From Thermodesulfobacteriota bacterium (GTDB lineage: Bacteria; Desulfobacterota_D; UBA1144; Nemesobacterales; Nemesobacteraceae), in contig CBDAUE010000002.1 in the NCBI GenBank assembly GCA_965200595.1, positions 258,896-322,895 on the forward strand: a DNA stretch of 64,000 nucleotides. The letters run 5' to 3'. Below the pieces are notes generated by a model that worked only from the letters and a program-made list of their open reading frames with translations, did no database searches and was not told where the DNA came from. Made by a program: the position numbers and the translations under genes. Within the stretch, counting starts at the first letter, position 1. The number at the start of each line of letters is the position of its first letter. This document shows, piece by piece, positions 39,629 through 49,351 of this stretch.

Positions 39629-41056
39629 TCAGGGTTTAAGGGATTCTTCTAGCATTCCATTTACGATTGCGGGGTCCGCTTGTCCCCTTGTCGCTTTCAT
39701 AACCTGACCGACGAAAAAACCTAAAAGCTTTGTATCTCCATTCCTGTACCTCTCGACTTCTTTGGGGTTTTCTTCTGTCAGTCTGTCTATAATCAAGCGG
39801 ATTTTGTTTTCATCGGTAATCTGGGCAAGTCCCTTTTCCTTTACTATTTCTTCTGCGCTTTTTCCCCTGCTTATCATTTCAGAGAATATTCTCTTGGCGG
39901 TTTTACGGTTTACTTTTCCTGCCGCCAGAAAGTTAAGCAGCTCAGCCAGGTTTTTGGGCTTAACCGGAAATTCAGCTAAGTTGTTTTCGTCCTCAACTTC
40001 TCTTAGCATCTCGTTTAAGATCCAGTTGTTAACCGCTTTTTTGTCTTTTGCGTATTTTGCGCACTCTTCAAAGTATTCGGCAAGCGGTTTTGAGGATGAA
40101 AGCCTCTCGGCGTCGCTTCTGGCCATATTGAATTCATCGATAAACCTGCTGATTTTTTCTTCAGGCAGTTCCGGCAGGGACAGATAGATTTTCTCCAGAT
40201 AATCCTCCGCCACCGCAACCGGCAGAAGGTCCGGGTCCGGGAAATACCTGTAGTCGTGAGCTTCTTCTTTTGATCTCATTGCAAGCGTGACCCCTCTTTG
40301 GGAGTCGAAAAGTCTTGTTTCCTGGACCACAGTTCCTCCGCTTCGCAAAACCGCTTCCTGCCTTTTTATTTCGTATTCTATAGATTTTTGTATGAAGCGG
40401 AAGGAATTAAGATTTTTGATCTCGGTTTTAGTTCCGAGTTCGCTCTGCCCTGCCGGCCGTACGGAGATGTTCGCGTCGCAGCGCAGGCTGCCTTCCTCCA
40501 TGTTGCCGTCGCAGATCTCGATATATCTGAGTATTGTCCTAAGTTTCTTTACGTATTCAACAGCTTCTTCGGCGGTTGAAATGTCGGGTTCGCTGACTAT
40601 CTCCACAAGCGGCACTCCTGCCCTGTTAAGATCCACATGGCTTTCAAAATCGGAGTATTCGTGCACGAGTTTTCCCGCATCTTCTTCTAGGTGTATTCGT
40701 GTTATCCTGATTTTTTTCTGGCCGTCTCCCGAATCTATCTTGAGGTGTCCATTCAGGCAAAGCGGTTCGTCGTACTGGGAAATCTGGTAACCCTTAGGAA
40801 GATCGGGGTAAAAGTAGTTTTTCCTCGCAAACCTTGATTTCCGGGCGATTTCACAGTTGGTTGCCAGTCCGGCTTTTATCGCGTATTCAAGAACTCTCTC
40901 ATTAAAAACCGGTAGCACCCCCGGCATTCCCATACAGACTGGATTCACTTGGGAGTTAGGTGGGCTAGCGAATTTTGTTGAGGAGGAAGAAAATATCTTG
41001 GATTCAGTGGCGAGCTGTGCGTGCACCTCAAGACCGATTACCGCTTCGTATTCCAT
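39629..41056 (-). CDS. gatB: Asp-tRNA(Asn)/Glu-tRNA(Gln) amidotransferase subunit B (GatB)
   Basis: MEYEAVIGLEVHAQL…; 475 aa; canonical GatB. Confidence 0.95.
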   Translation of the reverse strand: MEYEAVIGLEVHAQLATESKIFSSSSTKFASPPNSQVNPVCMGMPGVLPVFNERVLEYAIKAGLATNCEIARKSRFARKNYFYPDLPKGYQISQYDEPLCLNGHLKIDSGDGQKKIRITRIHLEEDAGKLVHEYSDFESHVDLNRAGVPLVEIVSEPDISTAEEAVEYVKKLRTILRYIEICDGNMEEGSLRCDANISVRPAGQSELGTKTEIKNLNSFRFIQKSIEYEIKRQEAVLRSGGTVVQETRLFDSQRGVTLAMRSKEEAHDYRYFPDPDLLPVAVAEDYLEKIYLSLPELPEEKISRFIDEFNMARSDAERLSSSKPLAEYFEECAKYAKDKKAVNNWILNEMLREVEDENNLAEFPVKPKNLAELLNFLAAGKVNRKTAKRIFSEMISRGKSAEEIVKEKGLAQITDENKIRLIIDRLTEENPKEVERYRNGDTKLLGFFVGQVMKATRGQADPAIVNGMLEESLKP

Positions 41057-41086
41057 GCTTATAGTTCCTTCAGGGGATTTTTATTA

Positions 41087-41131
41087 AGCGTGGTTTCAAG
41101 TTTGAAACGCAACATTTAAGTAAACTAAAAG
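41087..41131 (+). repeat. IS30-family terminal inverted repeat (left end), copy 1 of a 45-bp direct repeat
   Basis: CGTGGTTTCAAGTTTGAAACGCAACATTTAAGTAAACTAA, located about 50 bp before the IS30-like transposase start; a near-identical copy lies at 55537-55580. Confidence 0.6.
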
Positions 41132-41182
41132 GGCAAGCTGCGATAGTCTTCGCAACCGTCTTTTAGATACCAAATCAATAAG

Positions 41183-41285
41183 GAGCGTTTAGATGAGAAA
41201 ACCAAAGCAACTTACCAAGGTAAAAAGATACCAGATTGAGGTCCTGTGCAAAGAAGGGCTCAACCAGAGGCATTTGCGTAGTAGG
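41183..41285 (+). pseudogene. IS30-family transposase, N-terminal HTH fragment (33 codons then a stop; IS30-like HTH continues out of frame to about 41511)
   Basis: MRKPKQLTKVKRYQIEVLCKEGLNQRHL matches the IS30-family N-terminus (…LT.EERYQIE.LLK.G.S…); the out-of-frame IAVLPGCGRSSPHKVEFRLN resembles IA..LGRS.STI.REI.RN. Confidence 0.55.
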
Positions 41286-41464
41286 GGGTTTTGAGATTTT
41301 TGGAAGCACACAGCGGAAGGGAGGGGAGGGTATTCCGGCAATTTCAAAGCCGAGTTGTCTGATTCAGGCTGATTCAGACACAACTCAGCACCAATTTCAC
41401 CCAGGAATCGCTGTTCTGCCCGGGTGCGGACGCAGCAGTCCACACAAGGTTGAATTCCGTTTAA

Positions 41465-43000
41465 ATTTTCTGGTGAATAATTTAAAGAAGGACTATCCGG
41501 TATCGGTATAAAACCCCGACACAAGGGATCTGATACGCTCCGTTCTGCCAGCCTTTGCGTGACCCACCGCAAGAGCCATTATCACTGCAATCGCCATACC
41601 CGCTCTGAAGGCCATCTTCGCCTTGCCCCTGATATAGTGCTTCTCAAACCTGAAGCTGCCCCCTATGCGTGAGTTTAAACGCTCAATGGCAGTTCGCTTT
41701 CTGTAAGCCCGGTTCCATGACGGACTGCCGTGCCGCGCGGGAGTAAAAATACGACGGTCACGCTCAAGAGACACCCGCACCACCCTGCCGTAACCATTGG
41801 TCTTTTTGCCCGCGTCACTGTGACACTTCTTCCAGCCCTTGCAGTCAAGATTGTACTCGGCGGCCGCCGGACAGCGGAACTTCAAAGTGCCTCTTTTCTT
41901 CTCAAGCCCGTAAGAAGCCATCCTGCGCTCCTTGCCGCTTAGCGGACAGCGACACCATATCTGTCCCGTCTCAGTATAAAGAATGTTGTCGTGCACACTG
42001 TTAAGAGGTCTCATGATCCTCTGCCCCGGAACATAGCTCTGCCCCTGCTTTTCCTCCCTCCACAGCCGCCTGATGTCTATAATCGGGCTGATCCTGTAAT
42101 CATCCCACAGCTTGGCTTTGAGCGGACCGCTGTCAAGCCCCCTGTCAGCAGTGAAGTACTTGCACCGCCCGGCAAGCTCGGAGTTATTGCCGAACAAACT
42201 GTCAGCCATCCGTTCACACTGTTTTATTTCGCTTGTCGAGGCTTCGGTCAGACTGAACGCAACCGGTATCTCATACTCGGTGTCGGCAATGATATGAAGC
42301 CGGTAGCCAAACCATTTTTTTACCTTGCTCCATTCCCTGCCGTCAGAATCAACTCCTCGGTACTTGTGCACGCCCCAGTTCGCGTCGGGATCAGACTTTT
42401 TGCCTGCCCTGCGGTTTGTTCTGCCTGTTGAATGACTCTTTATCGCCTTGCCGTCATAACCGAGGTGCTTGCCGAATTCGGGAAGCACCTCCATAAGCTC
42501 TTTGCACAGATGATTGTTTATCATCTCCGATACCAGACCCTGCTGCAGGTCGAGCTTTGCAAGGTTTGCAAGGAACCCGGAGAAGTTATAACTGCGGGGA
42601 GCAGAACTGCGAGACTCAAAATCTGTAATCTTGACCACGCCGCCGGGTTCAACCTCATACCTGTCACGTCTCTGCATAGGCACCGTGGAGAATCCGCAGA
42701 CGGCAAGCAGAGATGAATTGCGGTTAAGCTCCCGGATTAAAGACTCTATGGATTCGTGCCCGAACACTATCCCCGCCACAAAGGCCCTCCACATCGCAGA
42801 TACCGGGTACTGGTTGCGTCCGTTTTTGCGCATACACTCAAGAGCCCGGATGATATGGGCGTCGGGCAGGCTGTCAAGAACCATCTGAAGACGGTTAAAA
42901 TCCGATGCTCTATCGACTTGGTCCCAGCTGAAAGGTAGATTAAATTGTGTCGCCATGGGTTTGCTCCTTTTTTAAGGTTGGTATGCCTTTAATTATAACC
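41465..43000 (-). mobile_element. IS4/IS5-superfamily insertion sequence (approximate ends) inserted into the IS30-family remnant
   Basis: Single 487-aa DDE transposase; imperfect terminal IRs (CCTTCTTTAAATTATTCACC at about 41465-41490 reverse-complementary to CCTTTAATTATAACCC at about 42985-43000). Confidence 0.5.
41493..42956 (-). CDS. DDE transposase (IS4/IS5 superfamily; exact family not assigned)
   Basis: 487 aa; the C-terminal …RTAIERLNSRIGGSFRFEKHYIRGKAKMAFRAGMAIAVIMALAV is the characteristic end of DDE_Tnp_1-type transposases. Confidence 0.75.
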   Translation of the reverse strand: MATQFNLPFSWDQVDRASDFNRLQMVLDSLPDAHIIRALECMRKNGRNQYPVSAMWRAFVAGIVFGHESIESLIRELNRNSSLLAVCGFSTVPMQRRDRYEVEPGGVVKITDFESRSSAPRSYNFSGFLANLAKLDLQQGLVSEMINNHLCKELMEVLPEFGKHLGYDGKAIKSHSTGRTNRRAGKKSDPDANWGVHKYRGVDSDGREWSKVKKWFGYRLHIIADTEYEIPVAFSLTEASTSEIKQCERMADSLFGNNSELAGRCKYFTADRGLDSGPLKAKLWDDYRISPIIDIRRLWREEKQGQSYVPGQRIMRPLNSVHDNILYTETGQIWCRCPLSGKERRMASYGLEKKRGTLKFRCPAAAEYNLDCKGWKKCHSDAGKKTNGYGRVVRVSLERDRRIFTPARHGSPSWNRAYRKRTAIERLNSRIGGSFRFEKHYIRGKAKMAFRAGMAIAVIMALAVGHAKAGRTERIRSLVSGFYTDTG

Positions 43001-43809
43001 CATGGCGACCACTTAATCAGGTGATATCAGTAAGTTACCTGCTATTTTCCTTAAGTTTTTCAACGCAGATTACGGCTTGGGGTGGAATTTGCGGTCCTTG
43101 ACCAGAATCAGTCGTTTTTTAGGGGTTTTTACCAAGATTCTGGGGTGAAAAGTTTTTTCACCCCTCCTTATACCCCTGCCCCGTATGGCTATCCTTTACT
43201 ACGCAAATGCCTCGATTTTTATGTGAAATTTTAGAAATCGTACTATTTGAAGTGGGTTGGTTTTCTGGATTATTTGCTAGGGCCTGATTCTGCTTATTAT
43301 GAGGGTCAACTCAGAACCATAAGTTATTAAGCGAAGCAAAGTGAATAATTTTTTCTGTCGGGCTTTTCTTTTGACCGCTTTCCCCGCGGTTCCCTAAAAC
43401 GGTACGATTTACCGTAGAAGAAGATATACAAAGACATTCAGGGAATTGGACTTATCTATACTTTTGACCGGTCCACGTTTCTATCAGATGGGAAAACGGG
43501 ACAAGGCGGCCTTGCTTAATGCGCAATACTATGTGAGAGATGTCTGAAAGCGAGATGCTGTCCCGGTTCTGCTCACTATGCTGCTGATTTTTCAGTTCAG
43601 TGTAGTGCTTTACCAAGAGGACAAATTAATATCCGCTAGGACAGATTTCCGTTTTGAGCAAGTCGATTCGCGTTAATATGGACAACACTTGTTTGCTTGC
43701 TGTATAATGTTGCCTCAACAGTTTCGAGAAGAAAGAGAGATTAGCACGAGAAGCTTGGCTATCCTAATCTGCTTTTCCTTATCTTGCAACAATTTGGAGG
43801 CAACGAAAT

Positions 43810-44412
43810 ATGGAGAGGTTTGTTATTCCCCATCAGCATGAAATCACTAAAGAGGACAGGAGAAGGCTAAACGGCCACGGTTCTTTGATTCTATGGTTCA
43901 CAGGACTTCCGAGTTCCGGAAAGTCCACTCTTGCCAATGAAATCGAAAAAGAACTTATACAGAGAAACCACCGCACGTACATACTGGACGGAGACAATGT
44001 CAGAATGGGTCTTTGCAAGGACCTTGGTTTTTCCGCAGAGGACCGCGAGGAGAATATAAGGAGAATAGGGGAGGTATCGAAACTTTTCATGGACTCGGGA
44101 GTTATTGTTCTTTCCGCATTTGTTTCTCCTTACCGCGCCGACCGTGACGCGATAAGGGAGCTTGTGGAGGAAGGAGAGTTCGTTGAGGTCTTCGTCGACT
44201 GCTCCGTTGAAAAATGCGAGCAGCGGGATGTGAAAGGTCTTTACAAGAAGGCCAGAGAAGGGGTTATAAAAGGGTTTACGGGAATCGACGACCCGTACGA
44301 GGAGCCTTCTAACCCCGAAATCGTGGTTGACACGGAAAAACACTCGATCGAGGAGTGCAAGCAGCAGATACTCGATTATCTGGTCACCCGCGATGTGGTG
44401 AACATGGGATAA
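43810..44412 (+). CDS. cysC: Adenylylsulfate kinase (APS kinase, CysC)
   Basis: …GSLILWFTGLPSSGKSTLANEIEKEL…YILDGDNVRMGLCKDLGFSAEDREENIRRIGEV…SAFVSPYRADRD…; 200 aa. Confidence 0.93.
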   Translation: MERFVIPHQHEITKEDRRRLNGHGSLILWFTGLPSSGKSTLANEIEKELIQRNHRTYILDGDNVRMGLCKDLGFSAEDREENIRRIGEVSKLFMDSGVIVLSAFVSPYRADRDAIRELVEEGEFVEVFVDCSVEKCEQRDVKGLYKKAREGVIKGFTGIDDPYEEPSNPEIVVDTEKHSIEECKQQILDYLVTRDVVNMG

Positions 44413-44506
44413 GCAGAATCGTAAAGCTGTCTTCAGGTAGAGGCTTCTTTTATTCGTGGTTGTAGATAACAGCAAAATTGCATTAAAATCTTTCTGAGAA
44501 ACACAG

Positions 44507-45802
44507 ATGTCTGTTTCAAACAATGAATCAGGGTCTTTTTACTCAATGAGTCCCGCTGAACTGATCAGCCATATTGCGGAGAATTCAAAAAAAGCCTCAA
44601 GAATTCTGGCTTCCGCCCCGGCTTCCCAGAAAAACGACTTTCTTCTGCGCTTTGCGGAACTTCTAGAAGATGAAACCGATAATTTGCTCTCGGAAAATGC
44701 GAAGGATGTTTCCGACGCCGAACAAAAAGGTCTCTCAGCCGCCCTTGTAGACCGTCTCAGGCTTAATCCTTCAAGGATAAGTTCCCTTGCTGATGGACTG
44801 CGGCAGATAGCGGAGCTTCCCGACCCCGTGGGCAGGATATCGGCAAAATGGGACAGACCGAACGGACTTTCTGTTGAGAAGAAAAGAATTCCCTTGGGTG
44901 TTATAGGTATTATTTATGAGTCAAGGCCTGGGGTGACGGCTGATGCCGCCGGTCTCTGCGTTAAATCCAGCAATTCCGTGATTCTTCGTGGTGGCTCAGA
45001 AACGATAAGGTCAAATTTGGCCATCTCCCGACTTATGTCTGACTCTCTTTCTCGGAGCGGTCTTTCTCCATATACGGCTCAGGTCATCCCTGTTGCCGAC
45101 AGAGAGGTCGTGACCGAAATGCTCAAGCTTCAGGATAAAATAGATTTGATTATTCCCAGAGGAGGAGAGGGGCTTATAAGGTTCGTAGCGGACAATTCCC
45201 GGATCCCGGTCCTTAAGCACTACAAGGGGGTGTGCCATGTTTATGTGGACGAACATGCAGATCTTAAGGTGGCTGAGGAAATCTGCCGGAACGCGAAGAT
45301 CCAAAGGCCCGGTGTTTGCAATTCTATGGAGACAATGCTTGTGCATTGCTCTGTGGCGCGCGACTTCCTACCCGACGCAGTAGAACGGCTTGAGAAAGAA
45401 GGAGTTACCATAAAGGGTTGCGAGAACATGTGCAAACTTATTCCCCATGTGACCCCGGCGGCCAAAGATGACTGGTACGAGGAATATCTTGACCTTGTTT
45501 TAAACGTAAAAATTGTTTCGACAATTGATGAGGCTATAGGTCACATACAGACTTACGGTTCTATGCATACGGATGCCATAGTCACAAAACACCCTGAAAA
45601 CTCTGAGAAATTTGTAAGAGAAGTGGACTCTTCCGCGGTCATGGTTAATACGTCGACCAGATTCAATGACGGTTATCAGCTGGGTCTTGGTGCTGAAATA
45701 GGAATCAGCACTTCAAAACTTCATGCGTTTGGCCCAATGGGGCTTGAGGAACTGACCACTTCGAAATTCGTGGTAAGGGGAGACGGTCAGGTAAGAGACT
45801 GA
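44507..45802 (+). CDS. proA: Gamma-glutamyl phosphate reductase (ProA)
   Basis: 431 aa aldehyde dehydrogenase-like protein; …IPLGVIGIIYESRPGVTADAAGLCVKSSNSVILRGGSE… ProA signature. Confidence 0.92.
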   Translation: MSVSNNESGSFYSMSPAELISHIAENSKKASRILASAPASQKNDFLLRFAELLEDETDNLLSENAKDVSDAEQKGLSAALVDRLRLNPSRISSLADGLRQIAELPDPVGRISAKWDRPNGLSVEKKRIPLGVIGIIYESRPGVTADAAGLCVKSSNSVILRGGSETIRSNLAISRLMSDSLSRSGLSPYTAQVIPVADREVVTEMLKLQDKIDLIIPRGGEGLIRFVADNSRIPVLKHYKGVCHVYVDEHADLKVAEEICRNAKIQRPGVCNSMETMLVHCSVARDFLPDAVERLEKEGVTIKGCENMCKLIPHVTPAAKDDWYEEYLDLVLNVKIVSTIDEAIGHIQTYGSMHTDAIVTKHPENSEKFVREVDSSAVMVNTSTRFNDGYQLGLGAEIGISTSKLHAFGPMGLEELTTSKFVVRGDGQVRD

Positions 45803-45881
45803 ATTTCTTCGGGGCGGCTTGGGGAGGTTTTCGCAAAATTGTCCGGTTCTGCAACGCTGTGGCAGGGGGCTTGAAAAACAT

Positions 45882-47558
45882 ATGCTTGTTGAACTCAGGC
45901 TTAAAAACTTCGCCATAATAGACGAAATTTCCATTAATTTCGGGACAAACCTGAACATAATTACCGGCGAGACTGGTGCCGGAAAATCCCTGATTGTTGA
46001 TGCTATAAACATAATTCTGGGTGACAGGTTTACCGCGGATCACGTTAAATCAGAAGACAGGCAGGCGTCGGTAGAAGCTCTTTTCGAAATTCCGGGGAAT
46101 TGTGTTATCGAAGAGAAGCTAAAGCGAATAGGTCTGGGAGACTCCGAAGGAGAGCTTGTCATAAAAAGGGTTTTTAACTCGGGTGGGAAAAACAGAGCTT
46201 ATATAAACGGTTCAATAGCAACGCTAGGTACTCTCTCTGATTTGACTGACGGACTTGTTAACATGTTCGGTCAGCACGAACACCAGAATCTTCTTAAAAA
46301 AAGCAACTATTTGAGTTATTTAGATAGTTATTCTCAACTTGAAAATGAAGTCTCTGAATACAAAATCTCCTACTCGGGACTCGTGCGCGTGGAGAATGAA
46401 CTTGAAGTTCTCAGAAAAAAAGAGCAGAAGAGGACGGAAGGGGAAGCTTATCTCAGATTCCAGCTAGAAGAGATAAAAAAAGTTTCCCCGATGCCGAATG
46501 AGGATTCAGACCTTGAAGCGGAGAGGGTTAGGCTTGAGAACTCAGAGAGATTCTCGTCTTCGCTCGGCAGTGCGACCGAGTTTATATATGAGGGAGAGAG
46601 TTCGGCCATGGGCTTTCTAAAACAGGCCCTTTTGGATCTTGAGAAGGTTTCAGACCTTGATTTATCTCTCGGAGAACTTCGGGACAGAATCTCGGCCCTA
46701 CTCATAGAGACCGAAGATGTTTTCTATGGTCTGAGTGAATTCGCAGAAAAAATAGAACACAATCCACTGAGACTTGAAGAAGTGCTATTGAGGCTTGAAG
46801 ATATAGCCAGACTTAAAAGAAAGCACGGAGATTCAATCGAGGAGATAATAAAAAAGCAGCAGCGCATCGAATCCGAACTTGAAGGTCTTGAAAATTCGGC
46901 TGGGATACTTGAGGAAATCGAGCGAAAAAGAGATTCCATGAAAAAGAAAATTTCCGCTGCCGCTTCTTCAATATCCGCCGGGAGAAAAGAGGGAGCCGTG
47001 CGGCTTGAAGGTCTTTTCTCCGAGCATGCCGAGTCAGTTGGGCTTAAAAACTCCCGTTTTGAGGTGGGATTTTCGGAAAAAGATCTTTCGGGAGACGGCA
47101 AAGACAGCGTGCAGTTTCTTTTCTCTGCTAACCCGGGTCAGGCTACGAGGCCTGTTAACAGGGTCGCTTCCGGTGGAGAGCTCTCAAGAATAATGCTCCT
47201 ACTTAAAAGCTTCGTTTCGACAGGTGACATCGGCTCGATCTTCATATTCGACGAAGTGGATGCCGGCATAGGGGGAATTGTGGCCGAGAGCATAGGGAGA
47301 AAAATAAAAAATCTCTCGGACCACAGTCAGGTAGTGTGCATAACGCATCTTCCTCAGGTTGCGAAATTTGCTGACACCCACCTGCTTGTGGTGAAGGGAT
47401 TTGGGGACGGCAAAACAGATGTTTCTGTTGATGTCCTCGGTGAAGAGGAAAGGGTGGAGGAAATTGCCAGGATGCTTGCAGGAGAGAGTGTTTCCCAAAA
47501 AACCTTTGAAGTTGCCCGCGAACAGATAGAAAAAGCCAGCCGCCGTGCTCTGTCATAA
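45882..47558 (+). CDS. recN: DNA repair protein RecN
   Basis: MLVELRLKNFAIIDEISINFGTNLNIITGETGAGKSLIVDAINIILG… N-terminal Walker A; long coiled coil; C-terminal LSGGE… and DEVDAGIGG. Confidence 0.95.
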   Translation: MLVELRLKNFAIIDEISINFGTNLNIITGETGAGKSLIVDAINIILGDRFTADHVKSEDRQASVEALFEIPGNCVIEEKLKRIGLGDSEGELVIKRVFNSGGKNRAYINGSIATLGTLSDLTDGLVNMFGQHEHQNLLKKSNYLSYLDSYSQLENEVSEYKISYSGLVRVENELEVLRKKEQKRTEGEAYLRFQLEEIKKVSPMPNEDSDLEAERVRLENSERFSSSLGSATEFIYEGESSAMGFLKQALLDLEKVSDLDLSLGELRDRISALLIETEDVFYGLSEFAEKIEHNPLRLEEVLLRLEDIARLKRKHGDSIEEIIKKQQRIESELEGLENSAGILEEIERKRDSMKKKISAAASSISAGRKEGAVRLEGLFSEHAESVGLKNSRFEVGFSEKDLSGDGKDSVQFLFSANPGQATRPVNRVASGGELSRIMLLLKSFVSTGDIGSIFIFDEVDAGIGGIVAESIGRKIKNLSDHSQVVCITHLPQVAKFADTHLLVVKGFGDGKTDVSVDVLGEEERVEEIARMLAGESVSQKTFEVAREQIEKASRRALS

Positions 47559-47873
47559 AACGACGTAGAAAAATCGGCCTGAATTCAAGCAAACTTATCT
47601 TTGATCAAAACCGTCAAACCTCTCCGCCGCTATAGCTTCAAACAAGGTAATCCCGTTTATAAGTCTTTTGATATCTGTTTCGCTACGGCGTTGCGGTGCT
47701 TGAGAGAGAGTCGGTTTTGCGTGACAGGTTGAATTGTGTTGTCTGCACGATGCAATCAATCGTGGAGCAACCAGTTTCAGCTCTTGGAATGGCCCACAAA
47801 ACCTTTGTTCAGGTGAGATCCGGAATCTGATCCCGCAAAATTCTTCTGCTTTGTTTCCCATGGGCAATGAGAG

Positions 47874-48440
47874 CTAGCTGATTATCTTCTTCGTTTCATA
47901 GGAACAGAAAACCACCGCAGTGAGAACCGTTGTCCAGAGTCCGTTTTTATCTCCCACCGCAGTCTGCGTTATGTTTCTGCTTTTCACCTTATGGCCGCTT
48001 ATCTCCCATATGTCTTTCTGTTCGTCGTAACTTTTATCTGGATCAAAGGGAGCATTAAGGGTGGTAGCGAGCATATAGGCGGCAAGATCTTCGGCGTATT
48101 CCCCTGCTAGGGTTTCTTTCTGTCCGTAGCTGTGGTGTTCAGAGATATACCCGTGGCGTGTTTTGTCTTTCGGGATCGCAAGGCCGGTAGACGCGGCGAT
48201 GAGCCTGCTGGGCTCGTTTGTGGAGTTCTCGCTCATTACCACAAACGCTATCTGCCCGGGGGAGAGCATGGTGAGTCCCTGCTTTCTGCTTACGAACTGA
48301 CAGCCCGGCGGGAATATGCTTGAGACCTTGACCAGATTGAATTCTGCAATCCGCGCATTTCTCAGAGCGAGTTCAAAACTTGATAGCTTTTCCCTGTGCT
48401 TGCCTACACCCTTGGTTACAAAAGCTTTTGTGGGAGTCAA
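47874..48440 (-). CDS. pdaD: Pyruvoyl-dependent arginine decarboxylase (PdaD)
   Basis: [45 protein letters not shown]… matches the PdaD family (FxTxGxGxHxxxLxSFExAL…NLVxVSSIxPP); 188 aa. Confidence 0.8.
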   Translation of the reverse strand: MTPTKAFVTKGVGKHREKLSSFELALRNARIAEFNLVKVSSIFPPGCQFVSRKQGLTMLSPGQIAFVVMSENSTNEPSRLIAASTGLAIPKDKTRHGYISEHHSYGQKETLAGEYAEDLAAYMLATTLNAPFDPDKSYDEQKDIWEISGHKVKSRNITQTAVGDKNGLWTTVLTAVVFCSYETKKIIS

Positions 48441-48512
48441 ACCACATCTCCTTATGAGTCTGCATTCAAGTTATATTTACGTGATGAGTTTGTCAAACAG
48501 GGGGAAAATGCG

Positions 48513-49349
48513 ATGAAATTCGGAGCACACGTCTCAATAGCCGGCGGGATTGAGAATGCACCGCTTAGGGCGAGGCAGGTTGGATGCGAATGTTTTCAGA
48601 TGTTCACCCGTTCGCCAAGAGGCGGCAGACCTCCGGAGCTTGAAGATCGACTAATCGAAGCTTTTCTTCTTAACTGTTCCGAGGTTTCCATAAGCGATTA
48701 TTACGTTCACACTCCTTATTTTATAAACCTGGCTTCAGGAAAGGATGACCTGAGAGAAAAGAGCGTGGATCTTGTAAGGGAAGAGCTTGAAAGGTCAAGT
48801 GCCTTGGGGGTGAAATACATGATGACACATATAGGAAGCGCAAAGGGACTGCGAAGAGAAGCCGCGATAGACAACGTGATTGAATCCGTTTTGAGGATTC
48901 TCTCAGAATACAGCGGCACAACCCAGCTTCTCCTTGAGAACACTGCCGGGCAGGGGGATACCATAGGTGCCAGTTTTGGGGAGATTTCTCTTATATTGAA
49001 TCGTGTTGCATATGATGATCTTGGAGTGTGTATGGATACCGCCCATATGTTTGCCTCCGGATACGATATAAGGACCCGCAAAGGCGTAGAGGAAATGGTA
49101 GGGCAAATAGGTGCCACTTTTCCGCCGGGAACCGTGAAACTCATTCACGCAAACGACTCCAAAGCCGAGTTTAATTCCAGTAAAGACCGCCACGAACATA
49201 TAGGAGAGGGAAAGATAGGGATTGACTGCTTTGGGGCGATAGTCGGAAATCCGTTTTTTGAGAATCTCGACATGATAGTGGAAATGCCTCCGCCCGAGGT
49301 GTCAAAAGACATTGAGTTTCTTAAGAAACTCAGGGACGGGAATACTTAA
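48513..49349 (+). CDS. nfo: Endonuclease IV (Nfo; AP endonuclease family 2)
   Basis: MKFGAHVSIAGGIENAPLRA…YYVHTPYFINLAS…LLENTAGQG…; start at the ATG at 48513 rather than the ORF-track start at 48396. Confidence 0.92.
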   Translation: MKFGAHVSIAGGIENAPLRARQVGCECFQMFTRSPRGGRPPELEDRLIEAFLLNCSEVSISDYYVHTPYFINLASGKDDLREKSVDLVREELERSSALGVKYMMTHIGSAKGLRREAAIDNVIESVLRILSEYSGTTQLLLENTAGQGDTIGASFGEISLILNRVAYDDLGVCMDTAHMFASGYDIRTRKGVEEMVGQIGATFPPGTVKLIHANDSKAEFNSSKDRHEHIGEGKIGIDCFGAIVGNPFFENLDMIVEMPPPEVSKDIEFLKKLRDGNT

Positions 49350-49351
49350 CC

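Noticed and set aside
43230-43330. CTGATTCTG-containing stretch checked as a possible tmRNA 5' end, and the ORF-free 850 bp checked for RNase P/SRP RNA hallmarks
   Set aside because: There are no GGGGCTGATTCTGGATTCGACG-like 5' end, no tag-peptide reading frame, and no T-arm/CCA 3' end. No AGGAAAGTCCGGGC (RNase P P4) or GTCCGGAAGGAAGCAGC (SRP) motif was found.
47595-47867. 90-aa minus-strand ORF in the recN/pdaD convergent gap
   Set aside because: It has a Cys/Arg-rich odd composition and no SD or motif, so it is likely non-coding.
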